DNA of 64,000 bases from Zygnema circumcarinatum SAG 698-1b (taxonomy: Eukaryota > Plantae > Zygnematophyceae): positions 3,139,909 through 3,203,908 of the forward strand of contig CM074804.1 of the NCBI GenBank assembly GCA_037447605.1. The letters are read 5' to 3'. A model generated the notes under the pieces. It was not told the origin of the DNA, did no database searches, and saw only the letters and a program-made list of their open reading frames with translations. Made by a program: the position numbers and the translations under genes. Shown here piece by piece: positions 49,287 to 61,423 of the stretch (the stretch's first letter is position 1; the number at the start of each line of letters is the position of its first letter).

Positions 49287-50986
49287 CCCCCCCTTGCCCT
49301 CTGCCCTCTGCGCTCTGCGCTTCCAGGCGGTGGCGAGCGAGGCGAGCCCAGGCCCTGAAGCTGGAGCGCGCGCGTCAAGGAGAAGCCAAGCCGGTCCGCC
49401 GGGACTGACTGACTGACTGCATTGTCTTCAATCCGGCGTCCTTCCAAAAGGCTGCGTTCGCTCGTTCGTTTTCACGTCCGACTTTCTTCGCCGTCTGTTT
49501 GTTGCCGCGGTTCAACTTCGCGGAGGAGTCCCGTTATGTCGCTCGCCATGTGATGATGCGCACATGCGCCGCACGGTTGGAGTGGTGCGTGAGGGGAGGT
49601 GAGGGGAGGGGGGAGGGGGACGCTGAATGAACCAACCTCTCTCACCAGAGTTCGGGTCTCGCCTGCACACGTACCCGACCAGGAAAGAAGGGGACAAACC
49701 TGTCGCGACTCTTAAAGCTTACGGGCTGTCCGCAGCCCTCAGCAGCAGACGCGGTCGCGCGGGCACGCCGCGCTCCTCCCTTTCCATGTTGTCCGCGCTT
49801 TTGACAAGTCCCGGAAGATCGGGTTCGACAGAGGACCCTTGGGCCTGTCCCCGCTCGCAATCCGACACCATCTTTTGCACCACTGAGTGATTCCCCGTAT
49901 TTGTTTTTACGCTCGTGTACTCCACGTGCGACTGCAAACCTTGGCATGTCAGTGCCTCTCTCCGTTCTCTTTCGAAGAGTTCCATCCTTTCTTTATTTCA
50001 AAAGTTATCAGGTAACTATCACAACAGGGAAAAGGATGTTCAGAGCCAGAATATCACGAGTCAAGGACGACGGAGGTGAGACAAGAGAGTACCAGGAGGG
50101 AACAGGTGGTGAATTGAAAGCGATATACTTTACCCGTCTGCTGCATTTGTATCCCCTTTAGGCCTATTGTTATTTATTTTCTTGCATTTTTTTTGCACCA
50201 AGTGCCGCAATCTACGCACTTCTGAAGTTTTCAATAAAGAGAGGCCGGAATGTCTTGCGTAGATTCTTCAAATTCTATTTCGTATTGTCTACACCTGCCA
50301 TGTACGACCTTCAAAACATTTCAATTTATGATACATCTGAACAGATTTCTAGATAGATATTGAAGACAGGTTCGCAGAATGGTTTCGCCCGTTCAAAACC
50401 CTCGTTCAAAAACCGTATGATAAAAGGTACTGAACATATATGCAGTTCATACTTCCCTAGAATACAACTATCTGACAGACATGTTAACCAAACACAGACA
50501 CACGCTGTTCCTCCGTTTCCCTCACCATTTCACCTTGACCTCGCACATGCGAGCACCTTGACTACACACCACTCCTCCAGTTAGTCCGCCCATTCCAATG
50601 TCTGGAATGCAAGTCAGCAGAAACGAAAACTCCAAGGGAGTCCAAGTATTTCCAGCAAATCCTCTGTCGGCAATAACAAGGAGAAGGACTAAAGCAGTTG
50701 AGCATGATGAGCAAGACGGTGAATATGAACACGAGGACACCTCCAAAGAGTGCCAAAAACACGACAATTGCAGCCGAAACCAGAGCCGGATAGATGCATC
50801 CGCACACTGAAGCACGTCCTCTGTGATGCTCTGCGCCTTCTTTTTCCCACCTCCCCTTTATAGCACTTCCACCAGTCGCCATGTTCCGGTCCTACAATGC
50901 TGTGCAGTGCCTAACATAAAGGGAGGCGAAGCAACTATCAAGCGCTGACCTGAACTCGCGTTATTACATTAAATAATACAAAAGGA

Positions 50987-53900
50987 CTACACCGTGTACG
51001 ACTGCTTTATCGTTTCAATGTCAATGTTCTTCAACTTCACCACAGACTCGACGTGTCCCTTCAGCGTTGTCCGCTCCCTCAGCCTGTCAACCCCAAGCAC
51101 CCACAAGCAGGGAATCAATCGCAAATCCTTCCATACTAGGTCAGCATAGAATAGACCGAACCATGAGAAAAAGAAAAAAAAGATGCAGGCTACTTCAATA
51201 ACATGAGTTTTCCGTTCAGTGTCTCGTAGCATTTCATTTCAAAGAAGCAAGGTCGCATTGGGGGCTGAACGAGAAAAAACGCTGTGTTATGATGGGTATA
51301 CAGCATCGGGAGGTACAAGTAAAAGCAACTTCGCCTCAGCCCAGCACTGGGTGAATGGAGTTCGCAAAAAGTAAATACCACCCACCTGGCGATCTCAGCA
51401 CGCTTTGCAGCTGCATCCGCAGCAGAGGAGCTTGACGGCATGGGGGGGAGGACTGCGTGCAGAATTTCAGACGCTACGCTGTCAGTGGTTTCAGGCTTGT
51501 TGTCCAATCCATGGAGAGTGCGCTGCGCTGCTGCCCAAGCCGCCTGCCTCTCATCCGCTCCGAAGTTGGCTTTCGTCGTCAATGCCACCTGGAGGGAGAG
51601 AACATATAAAAGCATATTCAATTGATATCCACTGCTCCTGGAGCAAAAATAAATGATTCGTTTACATAACTGAATCAAATCAGTAAGACAAGGGAATGAC
51701 GAGCAAAAGAGTGCGGAGAGGCTCACATGTTGGTTTGTGACCAAGTTCCACGCCGCTCCACTGAGGCCATAGCGCACAGCAAATTTGATGAAATCCAGAG
51801 GAATGTAGAACACCACGCTGGAATCACAAAGAACACAGAAAAAAAAATTGAAAAAAAATGATTTTTTTAGTGATTTTCATGATTCGATTTTTGAAAAACT
51901 TACTTGCTTTCTCGAGTTTGTCATCACAATCCACAACATCCGCCTGCTAGATTGCCCACTGTTAAACATGCATTTTCTCAACGAATACAAATTCTGGCAA
52001 ATAAACCCCATTCTATAAAGCTCTTCACAAACCATTCAATAACAGCATTCAGAGCATGAGCAACTTCCGCTGGAGAAAGTAACTTAGAGCTCATCTGAGA
52101 GTGGACTGACCTGTACAGCCAGATCACGCCCGCCCAGCCCCAGCCAATGCCCCTGGTCCGTGCGAAGCTCCAATCGGCATAGACAGCAAGGAGAGTAGCA
52201 ATCTGCGAGTTGCCCGAAAAGCATAAGTACTCTAAAACGTTTCGATAGAAACGTTATATAAGCAAGCATTATGCACGAATCGGCCAACAGGGAGCTGGGA
52301 TGCTATACTACATGCGACAAACACATTCCAGTAAAACGTATGCCTAAAAAAGGCATTTCTTTCTGGCAATAAGACATTTCCCAGCCCAACTGGAAGGCAA
52401 ATGAACGGAAGCCCGACTAACCAGTTGGGCGAAGGCGAAAGCGCAGAGGAGAAGAGCACCAGGCCGCTCAAAGTAGGAAAAGCTCTGAGAGCGTGTGACA
52501 AATATGAGAGCCTGACTGACAATGCTGACTTGGAGATAAATCGCGGAAGTTTGTTCATATGATGCTTGGGTCTGAAGACTCTCTGAATCTTGGTCCCTTA
52601 CTTTAATCGAATGTACACCAAACTTATCCTGCGCACACTCCAGACAAGTTTTTGATTAAGAACAAAAAAGAAAAAAATGCTCCCTGGAAATACCTCTAGG
52701 TCAGTTACTTCCAAGCTTCCTAAAATGGACCAATCCAAATACACAAATTTACTGAAAAATGTCAACATTTCAGTTTACTGTTCAGCTAAGAGACCCATTC
52801 ACCTCAAAGAAGCGGGTATCCTGCATGAGCCAGTAGAAGATAACGGTCATGATGGCCATGTACGTTCCCATAAAAATTCCCGTGATAAATATCTCTGTCA
52901 ACTTCCAGCTATCAGGTAGTGGAGATGGTTTCACCCTGTCTTTAGAAATTGTCAGAATTGTACCTGCATATCGCCGGACGAAAAAGGCATCAGAAAGCTA
53001 AGTGTCATGTGGATGCTATGAAGTATCGAAAATAAAGTGCTCCACCCTCACCCTCTCAGGTAAGAAGTTTTCAGAGTTTCAAAAAATTATAGGCACTGCC
53101 GAGTTCCTGAGGAACCTTTCACATACCATCATTGAGGACAGCAATAATAAGTGTCATAAAGGGGGAGAAGTCTGACTTCCAAATGAGGGCGATAAGCAAA
53201 AATCCAAGCTGCATGCACAAAGCGCAAGTTAAGTTGAGACTCACATGACCAAGCTTTACCAAGGAAAGAACTGACAGCAGCAACAAGAACGAACAGGAGA
53301 AGGAATGCAGGAGGTTCTCAACTCATATATAATTGTTTATGCAACTCTTTGTGATGTATTACTCACCACAATACGCACTGTCACGGACACCGCGTAAATC
53401 TGAACACAACAAGTCCTTCCCATGTCAGGTTCTTTCACAGTTCAAAGCAAGCATAGAGGCCAACTTCCATACAAATCAATTACCATGGGCAACAAGAATC
53501 CCCTATCGTCCTCAAGAATTGCCATCCAGATGGAAGAGAATGCGTTCTGTTTGTCTCCCTCTCAGTTTTCGCGCCCATATCTTCTGTTTCACCCGAAGGT
53601 TAAGATAGATGAAGGTTGTACCGTGTAATTCTTCATGCGTTGGAAGATACACCGACTGGTCAGGACGGCATGGATGATAACACTGAGACCGGGCTCTGTG
53701 AGGACGATATCAGATGCTGATCGAGCAGCGTCCGTGGCATCGTCTACAGCAATGCCGATATCTGCTTTCTTCAATGCAGGGGCATCATTTACACCATCAC
53801 CAGTCATGCCCACAATATGATTGCGCTGCTGCAGCTTCGCAACAATCTCGTACTTGTGCTCTGCATCCATGCATCATTATCTTAAATCATAAGTCAAGAC

Positions 53901-56900
53901 TTCCTGGTTTAGAGGCATCAAATAGCCGGTGAACTGACAGCATTCAAGTGAACAAACAAGTATCACCTTACACGACACAACATCGACCGATGTTAAGGCC
54001 ATTCTCAGGACCACAGCCATTGGACAGGACCAGTTAGACACTGGTATTCTAACAGGTCGGCTGGATGACAAGCGGAATTCTGACTAGCGAGCAGTAGGTT
54101 GTGGAAGACGAATAAGGGTGGCCTGCTTCACAATATAAGCACAATAACAGGTTGATGCATTGACCGGTGTCTCCGGGTAGTGAAGCCTCACTGACATGGG
54201 TACAACTCAGTACCTGGGAAGACACCAGCGAAGCCATCTGCCTTCTCAATGAGCTCCTCCACTGGCAGACCCAAGAGTGATGGATCTTTGCTCTGGCCGA
54301 GAAGAGAGGACGATGGATACATATTCGTTCCCATGCCCAAGCGCCGTCCTGTCTCCTTCGCAATAGCAAGCTGGTCACCTGAACTCCCAGAAAACCCTCG
54401 TCACATTTGACAATCAAATATTTGAAGTTTCAACATAACCTTGATAGTCATCCCCGGAGGATAAAAATCAAGTCAAAAGAAGAATTGGAAGCAACAGAAA
54501 AAAAAAGACTTCCTCACTTTCAGTTAAGAGCGATAAACTGCGAGGACTTCAGTCATTAATAAAAGGCAATCCGAATGCAAACCTGTAATCATTTTCACGT
54601 TAACACCTAGTTCAAGAGCCTGTCTGATTGTCTCTCCACTGTCATGGCGTGGAGGATCAAAGAGTGGCAGCAAGCCCACCATCTCCCATGGTCCTCCTGC
54701 AGACTCTTTGTCACCAGCTGGGACATCCTGCACACTTTCTCTTCCTGATTAGTACCTTCCAATCGATTGATGATTCACTTGCGTGTACACAAATACCCCA
54801 TCTTCTACAAGCCATAACTGAACTGCTGGGCCGGCTCAAGCATGCCCGAATGACAACATTACTGACTCCCCCGGCAGCAAGTCTTAGAGACAAAGACATA
54901 AAAAACCTCACCTGCCTCGCCACTCCCAGGGCTCTTAATCCACGTTCTGCGTAATTAGCAATGGTAGCATGCACTCGAGCTTCCAGCTGACTCTTATTCT
55001 GTGCCAGATCCAAGATCTGTGACAGGGACAAAAGAGGTGAAAATCTCTCAGTACCACAGCATACAGGATTCGGATGGGAAACCTGACAATCTCAGAGTAC
55101 AACTATCCACTCAGGATGAATTGCATCACTTCTTGTCAGGGATATGATCTGTCATTATCTATGTTATAACATTGCATATCACAGAAGCACCTTAGAAGGT
55201 GTAACTACGTTTCTCTTCGCTCACTACACGGTCGGCGTACTATAGACTACTAACAAAAAAAGTACAAGATGCCACGTATGCCAACTATACTATCAGCGAA
55301 GTTTCAACCAGAAGAATCACAGCGTACGAAGTGGAACCTCGTTCACAAACATCCGCACACGTCTGATGATTTCCCAGCAATCAATATTAAATACTGCGGA
55401 TGATCCTGTACTGAGCTCCTAATATCAATCACGAGGCTGCTAAAGGCCCGTCCTGGGGCCGCTTTCTCAGCCGACCAATGCCAAACACTAACTATCATAA
55501 ACAACTTAATTGTGATTCTGAATAGGCTTGACATTCGCAAACAATCTCATAGCTTTAATCAGCAAGGATGGCGTTGAGTCGATGGATTCATCTAGACTCA
55601 TAAACCGTGACCAAATGTAGCCAATAACTTCAAATGACTTCCTTCACAACTACCACATTCTACAATTGGCAAAGAAGGATACCCGTAGTATGGAAAAAGG
55701 CAAGGACATTTGCTTCGAAATGCTTTTTGGATTAGAGAAGTACCTGCTCAGGTGCTCCTTTGCTGGCGCGGTACATCTTTCCGTCCTCAGCGATGTACGT
55801 GATGGCGGTTCTCTTATCTGTGGGGTTGAATGGCAAGAAGTGAACCTCCTTAATGCCGGCACGAGCCTGTCAACATTCACAATTTCCATCTGTTAGCTGC
55901 GAGAGGCAGACACAATCCTTCCCAATAAATCAAAAGGGCACTGACAAGAATACATCAAAAAGGTACACACTGAAGGCAATGTAGTATCCTTCGAGAACAG
56001 AAGCAATCATCATTACCTCCTTTGGGTCAGCCAGCATGCTGACAATGCACGTGTCGATTGCATCTTGATTCTCTGTCCTTGAAGCTCTAGCAGCCAACAG
56101 CAAGACCAAATCTTGATCTGCGCCTTTCGAGTAAACCTGTGAAGAACATGAGAGGCATCTAGGAAGCGTGAGAAACATCAACACACAATGGCAGCTAACC
56201 TACATCAGTGAGAAAAAGTTTTTTAACTTTTCTGCACAAACTAACACATCTGACGGAATCAGCTAGTGTTTTTCCAGCATTAGACTTGCCTCAATAATTG
56301 ATTTGTCCACAGTAAGCTTGTTCAAAGTCAATGTTCCCGTCTTGTCACTGCAGAGAATATCCATGCCTGCCATCTCCTCAATGGCAGTAATGCGTTTGGT
56401 GATGGCCCCCTGATCTCATATAAACACACTGCATAAGTTAGCTCAAAGACTCCCAAGCAGCAGAGGACCACTGGCAGTGTCACATGCCATTTAAAAGACT
56501 TAAAGTCAACAGACAATGCTTACAGGCTCTACATACCTGAGTGGAGAGCTTGTGGGAGCCAATAGCCATGGTGACAGACAACACTGTTGGCATAGCAATC
56601 GGGATGCCACCAATGAGCAGCACAAGAAGATTATCAATGCCATCACGGTACTTCCTCTTCTGAATCGGAAACATGACAATGATCTCCACGACGACACCAA
56701 CGGCGATAGTGCATATACAGAAGCTTCCAATCGACGTGAGGACCTGTAAAACGGTCTAGAGTTAGTGCTTCTCGCAGCTAACAATTTTCCCTGGTTCCTC
56801 AAATTTCAAACCCTTGAGCTGAGTGATTCGACAGTTCATCACAAGCAACCTGCGCAGGCGGCTCGTCATCCAGTATCGCCAACATGAACTTACCTTCTGG

Positions 56901-58476
56901 AAGTGGCCGACATTGTTCGTAGAATCAACCAGATGCGCAGCTTTCCCGAAGAAAGTATGCACGCCTGTTGCAATGACTATACATTCAATCTCACCCTGCT
57001 TGCAAGTGGACCCTGAAAAGATTTCCTCTCCCGGGCCTCTTGTGACAGGAAGAGATTCTCCAGTCAAAGCTGACTGCAACCACCAGAAAGGCCAACAAGA
57101 ACTTGCTCAACAGGGCACTGACAACGGGATGACATCTGGGGGACAAGCCCTATTTCGAAGTCTGCTAGCGCTCTTTATTAAGCACGCATAGGACAAGGAA
57201 GGCTCTCAGGCTCTCGTAAACGGTACTTGCGAAAAAAGACCCCACCTGATCGATTTTCAGCGGATCTCCTTCCAAAAGGCGGGAATCAGCAGGAATGATA
57301 TCACCAAGCTTAACACTGATGATATCACCAGGCACCAACTCTGCAGCATCTATCTCCTCCCACTTCCCCGAACGCAAAGCCTGTCCACACCGCAGCATTG
57401 ACAGATCCTTCAATTCGCAGCATAAACATATCGCTGGGTATCCAGCCCTATAAGAGGCGAGCAAAACAGCACTGTAATTGCCAAGCGAGAGTTTCTTGTG
57501 TAGTCATAACTAGTGCAGACTCAAAAGCAGCTCGACAGGATCAGGTGACAAGGTCCTCACTTTCGCCTTCGGAGCCAAACGTGCCATCAAAGCTGCAGCC
57601 GCATTCCCTGCATTATTCTCTTCAATGAAAGAAATGGTCGAGTTGGTCAACAGGAGCAGGATAATCCCAACAAAGTCCTGCCAATCGGGGGGTTTTCCCT
57701 GCATTCCAAAAGCCAAGAAAACCAATGACGATAAACGTCCTCCAGAAATTTCAGACTCTGACAAAGCTCATAAAGCATCGTTATTACACATACATTGCAG
57801 TGTAAAGGCATACCGTCATTCAATTGCAGAGTGTCTAAACGCAGTCAGCGGATGTAGCCAGAGAAATAGCAACAAAAGAATTCGACTTACGTCTCCATTG
57901 GCTAAAGCGATGGCCATGATGGCAGCCATCTCCATGACCCATGACAGAGGGTTCCACATGAAGCCGAGGAATTTCAATATTTTGCTTTCCTGTTTGCACA
58001 CGGTGAAAACCACCGTTAAAAAAGCTACACTAGTCTGACTTCTACAAATAGTCAATGAAAACCCGGCAAGATCATGGGGCAAGCCAGCAAAGACGAAACA
58101 GATGATCTAAAATTTCAAATAGAAGGGAAGATTTTTTGGTAAGCAGAAAAACAAGTTGTAAACGGTTCACAGTAGGGACCTTCTTCTCCTCCAACTTGTT
58201 ATAACCGAAAACAGAGAGTCTTTCCGTTGCCTGCTCCGCAGTCAATCCCTCCTTGCTGGTGCGGAGCTGCTGGAAGACTTCCTCCATCGGGCAGTCTTCC
58301 TGCAATACCAGGCAGCAACACAACAAGAAGTTTGAATCCCTGCATTCCTCCACTCACGTTCCCTTCGCAAACCCTGACTTTCCAGATTCCAAACTCAGAT
58401 CTGCAAACCAATGACAGTCCCGACGCACCAAATTAATGGTCTCATTGTTAATCGCGGAAAAGTCGATGTCTGGCAT
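50987..58476 (-). CDS. AHA: Plasma-membrane P3A H+-ATPase with C-terminal regulatory domain ending in YTV (~20 exons)
   Basis: [16 protein letters not shown]|[13 protein letters not shown]..; [14 protein letters not shown]; DWQDFVGI; [11 protein letters not shown]; [19 protein letters not shown]; [11 protein letters not shown] (phospho-Asp); [12 protein letters not shown]; [21 protein letters not shown]; [31 protein letters not shown]. Confidence 0.98.
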
Positions 58477-59464
58477 GGCTGCGCGGCAGAGAGAGTCCCC
58501 GGCCCACCGGCCTCCCTTCGGCACGCTCCCCTTGCCACTCCCTCCCTCCGCCCTCTCCCACTGCCTCGCGCACTTCTCCGCCAACGTACCGACGACGTGT
58601 ATACGGCAAATCCCGCGCGAGGCGGGGCGAGGCGGGGCGGGGCGGGGCGGGCGGGAGAGCGGCGGCGAATCCGAGCATCCATTTGGCGAGCGGCGGCTGC
58701 AGTGCGAACAGTCCGCGTACGGCCTATGTCGGTGGGCCGGGCGGCAGCGACTGGCGGCGGAGGGCGGGCAGGCGGAAGGAAACGTTTGAGAACGGGCAGC
58801 TGTCTGACATGCGGAACCCGTGGAGGGAAAGCGACTCGCGAGATTTTACAGTTATCCGTACCACCGAAGGATTTGGGAAAAGAAGAAATGATAATTATTA
58901 CTGCAAAAGTTCGGAACAAAAAATCGAATTGGAATCGACAACGTTGCGATGGCGGCAACCTATGGTGCGACAGCCCGTGGGAGTGCATTGGACGGCTCAG
59001 ATCGTGCCGATCCGCATTTCGCAAGATGGTGAAACCGGGGCTCGGAGTTGGCTCGTGCGCAGTTTCCAAGCCGTAGTTTTCAGCGCCAGCAACAACGCCA
59101 GCGTGATTGAACAATTGCACCCACACAAAGGTGCCGGTTCCACTGCGCCGTACCGCCCTGCACCTGTTCGTTTTGCGCGGCCGGGCAGCGGGCAGGCTTG
59201 AAATCCCGAACATTTGGACGGGACGTCGTACGGGCTGATCGAAATCCGGAGCTTGCTCCGGGGTTTACCGTACGGTAGGGTGTCGCCAAAGTTCCGAAGA
59301 GCACTCTTTACTGATGCCAATATCGTACCTAGTAAATATTTTGGCGGCGGTGCCCCCGCGCCGTACAGCGCGCACGGCGGGTTTGTTGCGGGCCTCGCGA
59401 GCGGCCGGGCGCCGCAAAGCGCTCGACGGGCGGCGCTGGGTCCTGCCCCTGCGCGGAGGGAGAG

Positions 59465-59820
59465 TAGTGGGGGGCACCGGGGGCACGGGGGCACGGGGCA
59501 TGCGCGGGGCACGCGATCGGCCGTGCCCGGGGCACGAAAAAAAAACCGTGCCCCTCGACCGTGCCCCCTACGTCAGCGTACCACGTCACGGCCGGGGCCG
59601 AAACGGTGACAGGTGACACGGAAGGCGCATGTGGAGGCGCAAAGTCCGTAATGTTCGGAGTGTTGACGGTGTGCACGTTTCTCCCTACTGTAACTGGTCC
59701 AATTTCAACAGTTCTATGTGGACACGTGACGGGGCACGAAAAAGGGCATGCCCCACTTCCCGGCGGTGAGGGCACGTGCCCCGGGGCACGAATTGGGCTG
59801 CGACCGTGCCTCCAACCCTA
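59465..59820. mobile_element. hAT-like MITE (~356 bp) with GGGCACG subterminal repeats
   Basis: Left end TAGTGGGGGGCAC, right end reverse complement TAGGGTTGGAGGCAC (imperfect TIR). About a dozen GGGCACG/CGTGCCC motifs are concentrated in both arms. The flanks share only GAGGG, so no clean 8-bp TSD is visible. Confidence 0.55.
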
Positions 59821-59829
59821 GAGGGTAGG

Positions 59830-60203
59830 GAGTTGTCTTCGTGTTTGTGGTGATTCGATAGATGCGCAGCGCGTCCATCTTCTTCGACGTGTGCTCGGTG
59901 GTTTATCGACAGCGCATTTCCGTCGCCCTCCAGCGTTGCCTCGCTCCTACGCTCCTTCGGCGTGCCGCGGTTGTTGATGACCATGTTGTTGGACTTTCGC
60001 CGCTCCCTCCGCGCAATGTGCCACACATTGGCGACATTCACGGCTACTTCTAGGGAGGGCTGCATTGTTGAGCCTAGGCGGAGCTTTTCGCTCCTAGTTT
60101 TTTTCTTTGGTGCTTAGGTCCTTTGCGACCAGTTCCTCGTGGTTCCCCATGATGATTTTGTACATGTACACGTGATGGCATCATCGCCATGGTGAGATCA
60201 TTC
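59830..60203 (+). mobile_element. 3' fragment of a non-LTR retrotransposon (restriction-like-endonuclease/CRE-type ORF end plus 3' UTR); dispersed repeat copy 5
   Basis: The frame 59862-60053 encodes VVYRQRISVALQRCLAPTLLRRA, resembling the QRxSxxxQRxxA motif at the C-terminus of RLE-type non-LTR ORFs. It is followed by the sequence shared with the four other repeat copies. Confidence 0.55.
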
Positions 60204-61423
60204 TTTATCCTAGAGGGGAGGAGAGGGGATCGAAGCCGCCATATCCTTCCTGTCAGGCGCCGACAAGTCTGCGCACCCGCCGCCGCCCACGTGTCGCCCG
60301 GCCATTCGTTGCCGCCTATAAGCCTTTGTGACAGCGAAGCTGCCCGACGTGGCGACTCGAAAGCATTGTACTTTCCAGTACAGTACGGCCCCGCCATCCG
60401 TACAGTTATCCACTGCCCTTTGCTTGGCTGGCGTGCAGGGTCGAGTTTCGCGATGACACACGCCCCACCAATCCGTTGCTCGCCGTTCCGTTTCGGTACG
60501 TTACGTCCGTTCCGTTCCGTAATTCACTTGCGGTACGGCCAGTAATGCAGCCGTACACTCGCTAGTCGGCTGTCGTTTCCGAGCCGTGCGGAGGCCGGGG
60601 GCGGGACCCGCTTAAAGCTCGCCGCTCGTCCAGAGTCTGGTTCTACATTTTTTTTTCCCCTTTTTTTTTTTTTGGATCGTTAGAGTTTTACGTGTTTGGC
60701 CTAGAGCTCAACTTATCGCCTCAGCCAAACACACACAAGTTGTGTCTATGCTTGCAATCAAAGCACAGAGCTGCTGCTTCTTATAGCCATGTGAGGCACC
60801 TTCGTCCAATTCTAGGTCCATGGCGAACTTACCCACTTTGTTTGCTCCACAACATTACAACAATTTCCATGTTTTTTTTGTCTCTAATGCCAGTAGCATT
60901 TCTATAAGTTTCATGGAAAAACCACATACACACGAAATGTACACAAACAATGATTTTATTCGACAAAACCTCCGGCAAAGGACATAATCTCGACTGATAA
61001 GTATGTCTGCAACTGCAGTAAGGAACAATGGACACATACTGTGTCTCACGGAAGGACGCTTTGCAGATTGGGCATTGCACATTATACAGACTGAATGAAC
61101 CTTCTAGACAACCAATCAATGTTTTCATCTGACCTGCCTAGACTTCTGAGCGCAAAGTCTACCCCATGGCTTAATTGAAAAAGACATGATTTATGTACGT
61201 CCAACAAGAACATGTAATGCCATGCCAACCACTCAGACCTACCCTAAGTTTAATTGGCCCACAAACAGAAGCAAGGGCTCGGCAAAATTGAATTAAGAAA
61301 GGTGCCATAAGTGCAAACAAACAAATAGGCGGAGAGCGGTTCTACCTTTGAAATGTCATAACAGAATGTCAGGAAATTTGGGTATCCGCCATCGGCCTCT
61401 CCATCCACAGCCCGAAAAGATGA

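Noticed and set aside
50562-50882. 106-aa minus-strand ORF with a hydrophobic stretch just downstream of AHA
   Set aside because: It lies where the AHA 3' UTR is expected. The hydrophobicity follows from T-rich composition, and no family motif was recognised.
58683-59201. 172-aa plus-strand ORF (and other overlapping long ORFs) upstream of AHA
   Set aside because: GC-rich promoter sequence gives long ORFs in several frames at once. There is no recognisable domain or splice structure.
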